DNA of 64,000 bases, from the NCBI GenBank assembly GCA_020636645.1, contig JACJXO010000010.1:814-64813 (forward strand), in the 5' to 3' direction. Shown in pieces: positions 18,712-26,188 of the stretch. Position numbers and translations under genes: made by a program. Source of the stretch: Chitinophagales bacterium. Its GTDB lineage: Bacteria; Bacteroidota; Bacteroidia; Chitinophagales; BACL12. Each line of letters begins with the position of its first letter. The stretch's first letter is position 1. Below the pieces are notes generated by a model that saw only the letters and a program-made list of their open reading frames with translations, had not been told where the DNA came from and searched no databases.

Positions 18712-20000
18712 AAGTTGTTTTCATTTTACCACTAATGATTGCTCAAACACTATTCGGTCAATGGGAAGTTGTATATGATTTCCCTTCAGTGAGCAGTATA
18801 GATGATATTAGCTATGACCTTGAGTATAATGGACTAGATAAATTATTTCTGACAAAAATTGGGAAATTGTTAGTCAGTGAAGATTGGGGTACTACCTGGG
18901 ATACTTCGTATGTATCTGGTGAACAGGGTCAGTTTCGTGAAATAGTATTCAGTCACCCCGATACAGGTTACATAGTTAAATCAGGAGGCCCGGGTCTGTT
19001 TCTGAGAACTGTTGATGCCGGAGAGACCTGGGAAACGATTACACCTGTTTCCGGTGCATATTCGGAAGAAGCCACATCTGTGTTTGTACTGGATAAAGAC
19101 CACCTCTTTTTTTCAATCTGGGACGGCGCTTCCGGAAAAATAGTCTGGACTAATGATGGTGGCTTGACCACACAATTAGCCTACCCTGAAATTTGGCAAC
19201 CCTCCGGCATATCCGGAATGGCATGTAAGGATACAGATACCTGTGTAGCCCTTTCTGGATACCCTTACTTGTTTGGTGGTGGCGATGGTAATGATGGAAT
19301 TTGCCCGGTGTATAGAACCGACTCATGTTGTAACGAATGGGCGTATACTAGCTGGACTTACTTTGGGACGCAAAAACTGATATACAGAAGCTGGAATTTG
19401 ATGTACACTTATACCTCTCTTTATGTGTTCAGGTCTTTTGATCAGTTCCAAACCTGGGATACCATCATGGCTTATGAAGACATAAATGATCATTTCTGGG
19501 AGCTTCACTTTGTAAATGATTCGGTTGGATACCTGTCAACTTCAAGAATTTATCCTGGTAGCGATGTACCTGGCCGTGTGCTGAGAACAACAGATTATGG
19601 AGACACCTGGGAGGAGACAACCTTTGATTGGTCAGCATTAAACCCCGATACACTTGTTATAGGAACTAGTACTGCAATTGAATGTATTGATGAAAACAAT
19701 TGTTTTTTAATGTTGGGCCGTACCTTGTTCAGAACCACCAATGGCGGTCTGGCAAGCACATATGATATCGCATCACTTTCCCTCACCCTCCACCCCAACC
19801 CCGCCACTGATCAGTTACTCCTGGAAGGGCTGGCCAGCTACCCGGATGCCGTGTGGAGCACTTACTCCATTAGCGGGCAGACCATCTCCCTTGACCTCCG
19901 GAACGGGCAGGCAGATATCAGCCACCTGCCCCCCGGCATTTATCTCACCACCGTACATACCCGGCAAGGCATATGGAGAGAGAAATGGGTGAAGTTGTAA
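18708..20000 (+). CDS. BNR/Asp-box beta-propeller T9SS cargo, paralog 2
   Basis: Asp-boxes SEDWGTTW, TVDAGETW and TTDYGDTW. Signal peptide. The cassette CTD is at the 3' end. Confidence 0.85.
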   Translation: MKVVFILPLMIAQTLFGQWEVVYDFPSVSSIDDISYDLEYNGLDKLFLTKIGKLLVSEDWGTTWDTSYVSGEQGQFREIVFSHPDTGYIVKSGGPGLFLRTVDAGETWETITPVSGAYSEEATSVFVLDKDHLFFSIWDGASGKIVWTNDGGLTTQLAYPEIWQPSGISGMACKDTDTCVALSGYPYLFGGGDGNDGICPVYRTDSCCNEWAYTSWTYFGTQKLIYRSWNLMYTYTSLYVFRSFDQFQTWDTIMAYEDINDHFWELHFVNDSVGYLSTSRIYPGSDVPGRVLRTTDYGDTWEETTFDWSALNPDTLVIGTSTAIECIDENNCFLMLGRTLFRTTNGGLASTYDIASLSLTLHPNPATDQLLLEGLASYPDAVWSTYSISGQTISLDLRNGQADISHLPPGIYLTTVHTRQGIWREKWVKL

Positions 20001-20044
20001 GAAGACCACAGAGTCCCCTGCGGTTGACTCTGTGGGGACGGAAT
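19779..20044 (+). repeat. 266-bp CTD-stop-hairpin cassette, copy 2
   Basis: Hand alignment to copies 1 and 3 gives about 95% identity. The gene body immediately upstream is unrelated at the DNA level. Confidence 0.9.
20006..20035 (+). terminator. conserved stem-loop (copy 2)
   Basis: Identical to copy 1 (CCACAGAGTC CCCTGCGGTT GACTCTGTGG). Confidence 0.45.
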
Positions 20045-20088
20045 GTTATAACACATGCAGAGGTTAAACAATTTAAATTTATCAAACA

Positions 20089-21348
20089 ATGAGAAGTCTT
20101 GTAATTGCTTTAATTCTAGGCTTCTTCTCTATAGGGAAAGGTCAATGGTATGAGATATCAAATTTGACTGAGGTGTATAGTTTGGGAGGCACTTTTAGAG
20201 ATATGGTGTTTCTTAATGACAGTGTTGGCATTGTACCATATGAAAGTATTATTCTTCGTTCTGTAGACAAAGGCTATACCTGGGACACTGTATATCAAGA
20301 AGCTACGGGTGCTTGTAAATTCAGTAAGGTAGAATTTTATAATGAGCAGGTTGGCCTCGCCCGGACTTTTTTTGGACTTATGGAAGGAGTTCGTACCGAA
20401 GACGGAGGATTAACTTGGGAGGCGGTACCGGGGTCTCATGATTATGAAAGCTTTGATTTTCTGACCGAAGATGTGATTTTGTGGGGGGAGACCAATCTTT
20501 GGAAAAAAAGCCTGTCGGAGCCTTGGGAGTACACCTTAGATGGTCCACCGGTTACCAGTTTATACATGTTTAATATAGATGTTGTGGACCAGGACACGGC
20601 CTATATTGCTACGGGAATATCGCTGTGGAAATATATGGGGGATGATTCGATTGTGCTTTCTGATAATAAGAGCTGTGGAGACGTATTTTTCCCCTCAGCA
20701 AGGATTGGCTACTATACAGATGTAGAGACAATTTACCGAACAATAGACTATGGGCACAGCTGGGATACATTGCCATTTACTTATATTATAAATGCAAAAA
20801 ATACAGAAATACCATATATTAATAGCATGCAATTCGTGTCAGATAGTATAGGTTTTTTGCGAACTTATGAAGATAATCTAGGAGAGTTAAATGATGTTGG
20901 GGTACTGTGGAGAACGATTGATGCTGGCTGGACATGGGATACCATATTTAGTTCAATCTTTATACCCGAAGAGGAATATGGCGGCGTTGTTAGTTTTTAC
21001 TTTATTAGCCCTGAAACAGGATGGGCACTAACGAATAAGGGACATTTATTCTATACTACTACAGGAGGTGGAGATGAATATATACTTCTACCTCCAACAG
21101 TGTCTGTTCAACATGCCGGCAGCCTTCCCCTCACCCTCCACCCCAACCCCGCCACTGATCAGCTATTCCTGGAAGGGCTGGCCGGCTACCCGGATGCCGT
21201 GTGGAACACTTACTCCATTAGCGGGCAGACCATCCCCCTTGATCTCCGGAACGGTCAGGCAGATATCAGCCACCTGCCCCCCGGCATTTATCTCACCACC
21301 GTACATACCCGGCAAGGCATATGGAGAGAGAAATGGGTGAAGCTGTAA
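20089..21348 (+). CDS. BNR/Asp-box beta-propeller T9SS cargo, paralog 3
   Basis: Asp-boxes SVDKGYTW, TEDGGLTW, TIDYGHSW and TIDAGWTW. Signal peptide. The cassette CTD is at the 3' end. Confidence 0.85.
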   Translation: MRSLVIALILGFFSIGKGQWYEISNLTEVYSLGGTFRDMVFLNDSVGIVPYESIILRSVDKGYTWDTVYQEATGACKFSKVEFYNEQVGLARTFFGLMEGVRTEDGGLTWEAVPGSHDYESFDFLTEDVILWGETNLWKKSLSEPWEYTLDGPPVTSLYMFNIDVVDQDTAYIATGISLWKYMGDDSIVLSDNKSCGDVFFPSARIGYYTDVETIYRTIDYGHSWDTLPFTYIINAKNTEIPYINSMQFVSDSIGFLRTYEDNLGELNDVGVLWRTIDAGWTWDTIFSSIFIPEEEYGGVVSFYFISPETGWALTNKGHLFYTTTGGGDEYILLPPTVSVQHAGSLPLTLHPNPATDQLFLEGLAGYPDAVWNTYSISGQTIPLDLRNGQADISHLPPGIYLTTVHTRQGIWREKWVKL

Positions 21349-21392
21349 GAAGACCACAGAGTCCCCGGTGGTTGACTTTGTAGGGACGGAAG
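21127..21392 (+). repeat. 266-bp CTD-stop-hairpin cassette, copy 3
   Basis: About 14 mismatches against copy 2 (hand alignment). Confidence 0.9.
21354..21383 (+). terminator. conserved stem-loop (copy 3, slightly degenerate)
   Basis: CCACAGAGTC CCCGGTGGTT GACTTTGTAG. One position becomes a G-U pair and there is one near-terminal mismatch. Confidence 0.35.
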
Positions 21393-21578
21393 CTCCTCAT
21401 CCCGATAGCCAGGTTTCACCACTCACTCGCAGTAAAGTGAGGGGTGAAAGGTGAATGGGCGGGCTCTTCAAATTAGTATTGGCCGGCTCATTGTAGCATT
21501 TCTCCATTCCTGATCGTCATCACACGTTGTTTTCGCAACCACCCAATACCTCATTCTCTGATGATCTCATTATGCCTC

Positions 21579-24527
21579 TTATTTTCCTGCCGGCCCCTTC
21601 TCTTCCATGAAACTTTCATAGACCACATCCATCATGCGGTTGCGGATGTCTTCGCGGCTGAGCATGTTTGGATCTGCGGTTGGCTGCACCCGGTTGGAAA
21701 GGAAGACGAACAACACATCATTGACCGGATCGGCCCAGACGCAGATGCCCGTGAAACCCTGATGTCCGTAAGTGGCAGCACTGGCGTACTTGCCTGCCGG
21801 ACTGCTTTTGGACGGATCGGTCTCGGGTTTGTCCCAACCTAATCCGCGGCGGGAAACACGGCTCTGTTTTTTAGTGAAGAGCTCCACTGTTTCCGGTTGG
21901 ATATACTGCACACCTCCGTAGCTGCCACCGTTGAGCAGCATGGTGAACAGGACCGAGAGGTCATCGGCCGTGCTGAATAATCCTGCATGTCCTTCCACAC
22001 CTCCCATCATGGCTGCACCCATGTCGTGCACGTAGCCATGCACGGTCTGGTAGCGGAAGTAGTTATCATTCTCAGTAGGAACGATCTCCTTCTTCTGAAA
22101 ACGTTCCAGCGGATTGTAACAGGTGCGTTCCATACCCAGTGGAGTATAGAAATTCCGGTACACATATTCATCCAGGGTCATTCCACTTAGCTGTTCCACA
22201 ATGCGTTTACCGATGTACATGGTGAGGTCGCTGTATTTATATGACCCTTTTGTTTTCAGCGGTGTCTGCGTGATCTGCGCCCAGATACTGTCGCGGTAGT
22301 CATCCCGCATGTAAATGTTATCGGCCACTTTGATGGTGAACCCCGGGATCTTTGCCTGGTTGTAATATCTCGGATCCAGCGAACCATCGGCCAGCAGTGT
22401 CTGCTTATAGAATGGTATCCACGGCGTGAGTCCTGCCTGGTGGGTGAGTACATCCTGCATCAGCAGCGGACCTACAACCGTCCCCTTTGTATCCGGCAGA
22501 TAATCCTGCACGTATTTGTCGGGACGAAATTTCCCCTCATCATACAGCTTCATCATCGCCAGAGTGGTAGCGGCTACTTTAGATACGGAAGCAAGATCAT
22601 ACAGCGCATTGGCTGGTATCGGTGTTTTCTTGTCATACAGGTAGGTGCCGTAGGTCTTGTCCCAAACAACCCGCCCGTCCTTCATCACCAGCAGGGTCAC
22701 ACCTGGTGCCGCTTTCACATCGATGCAGAACTTCGCCAGTGAGTCCAGTCGCTGGAGCACATCCAGGCGCATGCCTACATCTTCCGGAATTCCGTATTGT
22801 ACACGACCGAGAGAGGCTGTCTGTAGTCCATCTCCCGGACGATAGTTTCCGCTTCCCACAGGCAGGCCGCCGGAAAATGGTTTTGCACCGAACAATGCTT
22901 CTGCCACGCACTGCTGCGTATAGTTTTCATCGTCATATGCCACCACGATATTGGCAGCATCCGGGAATAATCCGGCAGCATAGGGACTGCCATATAACAC
23001 GACGGTGACCGGCACAAAACCGGCCAGGTCTGCAACGAGATTCCTGGTAGAACTGCCCACGCCGAAATTGGAAGCAGCACTGCGTTTCATATCATCCACA
23101 CCAACAATGACCCGGTCATAGCCCTTCAGTTTGTTGGCCATGTCAGTGAAAGAAGAGCTGCCCGCTTCGCTGCTCAGTACAAAATGGGTGGCATGCGAAT
23201 AGTGATCCAGGTGCTTCTGCCAGTTGGCCACGCTGCCGTTTCCGATGTGAAGTGTGGCGATGGATATTGTAGCATCCTGTAAAGGCCAGATGCTGTCCTG
23301 TCCAAGCAGCGTGATACTTTGCTCGGTGAGTTCTCTTTTCAGTTTTTTAGCCTCATCCGTATTCAGGTCCTGTACAATGTTCTGTACCCTGACCGGTTCG
23401 TAATGATCGAGGCCGGTGAAAGCCTTGGCTTTGAGAATACGCACCACGCTTTCATCGAGACGCTGCATGGAGATGCGACCATCATCCACCGCTTTTTTGA
23501 TGGCATTGAAAGCGGTAGGTACGTCCTGGCTGAACAACAAGACATCATTACCTGCCAGGAATGCTTTCACCTCCAGTTCACCCGGATCGAAGTGAGCTGC
23601 CACACCCTGCATGTTGAGGGCATCGCTGAATACCAGTCCCCGGAAATTCAGACTGTCGCGAAGCAGGTCTCTTCCCACTTTAGTAGAAAGTGAAGATGCC
23701 TGTCCGGGTGTATCATCGAGTGCAGGAATGAAGAGGTGAGCCAGCATGATACTGCCCAGTCCCTGGTTCATCAGGATGCTGAAGGGGAAGAGCTCGAGCG
23801 TGTCCAGTCGCTCTCTTGAATGGTTGATTACCGGTAAGGTCTTGTGGCTGTCGGCATCGGTATCGCCGTGCCCGGGAAAGTGCTTGCCACAGGCGATGAT
23901 ACCATTCTCCTGCAGGCCGTTCATATAGGCCATACCCTTGAGAGCCACGTTGAATTTGTCTTCTCCGAAGGAACGGTCGCCGATGACCGGATTCTTTGGG
24001 TTGCTGTTCACATCGATGACCGGTGCAAAGTCCACCTGCACGCCCAGCCGTTTCAGCATACGGGCGATCTCGGCTCCGGTGCGGTAGATGAGGCTGTCGT
24101 CCTGCACAGCACCCCAGGTGAGCTGACGCTGGAAGCTGGCAACAGAATCGAGCCGCATGGCGGGACCCCACTCGGCATCCATGGCGGTGAGCAGCGGAAT
24201 GGATGCTATGCTCTGGTAAGTGTTGGTGAGGCGTGCCTGTCTGACCGGACCACCCTGCATGAAGATGAGTCCGCCGATCTTATAGTCACGGATGAGTTTG
24301 CTGATTGCTTGTTGGTGTGCGGCATCTTTGTTGGAATAAGCCGCCACCATGAAGAGCTGCCCGATCTTTTCCTCGACGGTCATGGTCTCCATGAGTGAAT
24401 CCACCCACTGGTAGTTGCGCTCATAGAAAGGCACGAAGGGCGGACTGTCATTACCCGGCATGACGGTGTGCGACGAGGGATTGGCCATGCCAACGGTCAG
24501 AATAAGTATGCCCAGGTATCGGATCAT
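21579..24527 (-). CDS. fusion protein: GH3 beta-N-acetylhexosaminidase (NagZ-like) N-terminal domain plus class C beta-lactamase/PBP-like serine hydrolase C-terminal domain
   Basis: GH3 motifs KIGQLFMV and KHFPGHGDTDADSH. Serine hydrolase SxxK (ASVSKVAAT). Start moved to MIRYLGILILTV (24527), because the track's upstream extension runs through a low-complexity repeat. Confidence 0.85.
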   Translation of the reverse strand: MIRYLGILILTVGMANPSSHTVMPGNDSPPFVPFYERNYQWVDSLMETMTVEEKIGQLFMVAAYSNKDAAHQQAISKLIRDYKIGGLIFMQGGPVRQARLTNTYQSIASIPLLTAMDAEWGPAMRLDSVASFQRQLTWGAVQDDSLIYRTGAEIARMLKRLGVQVDFAPVIDVNSNPKNPVIGDRSFGEDKFNVALKGMAYMNGLQENGIIACGKHFPGHGDTDADSHKTLPVINHSRERLDTLELFPFSILMNQGLGSIMLAHLFIPALDDTPGQASSLSTKVGRDLLRDSLNFRGLVFSDALNMQGVAAHFDPGELEVKAFLAGNDVLLFSQDVPTAFNAIKKAVDDGRISMQRLDESVVRILKAKAFTGLDHYEPVRVQNIVQDLNTDEAKKLKRELTEQSITLLGQDSIWPLQDATISIATLHIGNGSVANWQKHLDHYSHATHFVLSSEAGSSSFTDMANKLKGYDRVIVGVDDMKRSAASNFGVGSSTRNLVADLAGFVPVTVVLYGSPYAAGLFPDAANIVVAYDDENYTQQCVAEALFGAKPFSGGLPVGSGNYRPGDGLQTASLGRVQYGIPEDVGMRLDVLQRLDSLAKFCIDVKAAPGVTLLVMKDGRVVWDKTYGTYLYDKKTPIPANALYDLASVSKVAATTLAMMKLYDEGKFRPDKYVQDYLPDTKGTVVGPLLMQDVLTHQAGLTPWIPFYKQTLLADGSLDPRYYNQAKIPGFTIKVADNIYMRDDYRDSIWAQITQTPLKTKGSYKYSDLTMYIGKRIVEQLSGMTLDEYVYRNFYTPLGMERTCYNPLERFQKKEIVPTENDNYFRYQTVHGYVHDMGAAMMGGVEGHAGLFSTADDLSVLFTMLLNGGSYGGVQYIQPETVELFTKKQSRVSRRGLGWDKPETDPSKSSPAGKYASAATYGHQGFTGICVWADPVNDVLFVFLSNRVQPTADPNMLSREDIRNRMMDVVYESFMEEKGPAGK

Positions 24528-24895
24528 GTGAGTAGGTGCAGACAAAACGCTGTGAATGTGAAATAGTATGTGCTGCTGGGTGCAAATGTAGGGAGGGGAA
24601 CGGGGAAGGTGGAAGGGTGGAAGGTGGAAAAGAGGAAAAACGGAGGTCGGAACTCGAAATTCGGAATGTGAGGGGATCCTGACCACATCTTTGAAATTGC
24701 CTGGTGTCCTTTGTGCCTCCTTTGCGTCTTCGCGTTAGCATGCAGAACACGATGACACGATTAAGGCACGAAGCGCACGAAGGACTTCATTGAAGGATGC
24801 GCCAAATAATTGAATGTCTTTCCGGGCAGGGAGTCTCCCTTTCAGAGATGGAATCTACCTCAAATTACTTCGCAGAAATCTACTGTCTTAAAAAA

Positions 24896-24925
24896 CCACA
24901 GAGTTCCTTTCAGGTAACTCTGTGG
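24896..24925. repeat. fourth copy of the stem-loop family, intergenic, with a compensatory base-pair change
   Basis: CCACAGAGTT CCTTTCAGGT AACTCTGTGG followed by GGGAC as in the other copies. A-run on the 5' side, which is a U-run if read on the minus strand. Confidence 0.6.
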
Positions 24926-25181
24926 GGACAAAAAGAGAAAAGCGGAATACGAAATGCGGAGTTCGGAATGGGAGGGGAAGGGTTTAAGGTGGAAAACCGG
25001 GAAAAGTTCGTAATCGGCTCAAGGTAGCAATCGGGATTGATGTTACCGGTCCGATCGGAGGTCAATTCAACTCAGCTACCTGTCTCTCCGGGCTTGACCC
25101 GGAGTCTCCTTCATTGGTGAAAGAAACAGCAAGCCCAATCAGCTGAACCTAAAAAGAATCTTGTTCATTGGTATATCTTAG

Positions 25182-25691
25182 ATGCCTCGTAATGAACTGC
25201 AAAAGACCACCACAGTGACATTCTTTTGGCCAAGTCTGATATACTCCTTTTCTTTTTTGTTTAGCTATTGTGATGATCAGCAAGACAGCCTTGAACTATT
25301 TATTTTTCCTCCCAGTAACTGCTATTTTGTGCTAAGCCTGACAGAAGGTACTGTGTACGCTTCAAGCATCACCTATATATATGGTGAGGATGAGCCGTAT
25401 GACCTTGTGGATTCCAGCATTGTATCTATCCAGGGTAAGATTTCTGCCCTGAAAACCGATAGTATTAACCTCTTGCTCGATTCTAATATTAATGGGTTCT
25501 CGACCGAAGATCCACAGTTAAGGAAGTACGATGGGTTTCAGTCTAAAATTATTATTGGACAGAGAGCCTTCTTTCCTGTTGGCAATGATGTTGTTTGCAT
25601 GCAGGATATCGCCAGGATCTTGTCTGATTGCATCCATTATGAAGAATTAGGTTGTCATGAGTATTTTGATCTTTTGCGTCTTTCTGATTAG
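25182..25691 (+). CDS. hypothetical protein (AT-rich, possible lipoprotein)
   Basis: Hydrophobic N-terminus ending FLFSYC. No recognisable domain. Composition resembles the other AT-rich blocks. Confidence 0.45.
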   Translation: MPRNELQKTTTVTFFWPSLIYSFSFLFSYCDDQQDSLELFIFPPSNCYFVLSLTEGTVYASSITYIYGEDEPYDLVDSSIVSIQGKISALKTDSINLLLDSNINGFSTEDPQLRKYDGFQSKIIIGQRAFFPVGNDVVCMQDIARILSDCIHYEELGCHEYFDLLRLSD

Positions 25692-25934
25692 GCAATGCCC
25701 AGATCGATAGACCATGATCGGGCGGATTTTAAGGCATATTCAAACCCAACTGGAGACTCCGGCTCGGGGGCCGGAGAGACAGATGATTTTGGTGAATGGA
25801 CACCCTTCTGAGTTATTCCAGCCGTTTTTCGACACATGGTCACCCGCCGGTCAGAAATCGGGCTTTGAAGGGTGCTTTCCGTATCTTTGGAAGCACGCAG
25901 CAAACGAATCCACCACCGGCTGCGTTATACCGAT

Positions 25935-26177
25935 ATGCTGGGCAAAAATTCCATGTTCCGAACGCAGAAGCCACGTAAGTTCACTTATGTGCCCATCTAC
26001 TGGGATCCGGAGAAGGAAGAAAAAGAGCAGAAGCAGCGCTGGCGTGAAACAGGCGGGGAAGAGTCGTCCATCCGGTTCAATGAGGAATTTCAATCCAAAA
26101 TGAACCGCAAAACGAACAATACCCGCATCCTGATCATCGTCATTCTGTTGCTGATACTCTTTATTTTCTTTTGGTGA
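25935..26177 (+). CDS. small C-terminally membrane-anchored hypothetical protein
   Basis: MLGKNSMFRTQKPRKFTYVPIYWDPEKEE... with the terminal TM ILIIVILLLILFIFFW. Sits just upstream of mutL. The start was chosen at an internal ATG. Confidence 0.4.
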   Translation: MLGKNSMFRTQKPRKFTYVPIYWDPEKEEKEQKQRWRETGGEESSIRFNEEFQSKMNRKTNNTRILIIVILLLILFIFFW

Positions 26178-26188
26178 ACTTTGCGGCC

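Noticed and set aside
18239-21392. The three near-identical 3' blocks could be the variable and template repeats of a diversity-generating retroelement.
   Set aside because: The mismatches between copies are a mix of transitions and transversions at all four bases, not adenine-specific. No reverse transcriptase or accessory gene is present in the window.
24528-24686. N-terminal extensions offered by the ORF track: 24528-24686 on the GH3 gene, 36534-36629 on rSAM2, 57895-58065 on the kinase, 47059-47121 on adk, 11442-11492 on acr3, and 26171-26188 on mutL.
   Set aside because: The extensions overlap the neighbouring gene or run through intergenic repeats. Conserved N-terminal motifs or signal peptides begin at the internal ATG chosen in the feature table.
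24797-25027. The 76-aa ORF in the long intergenic region as a real gene.
   Set aside because: It translates through the stem-loop and the purine-rich repeat (..GIRNAEFGMGGEGFKVENREKF..). It has no start context or domain, and is better explained as non-coding repeat DNA.
25688-26103. Overlapping ORFs 25688..25903 (-), 25714..26103 (+), 25796..25978 (+) and 25851..26093 (-) upstream of mutL.
   Set aside because: They are mutually exclusive and none has a recognisable motif. I kept only the C-terminally anchored 80-aa reading (25935..26177), at low confidence.
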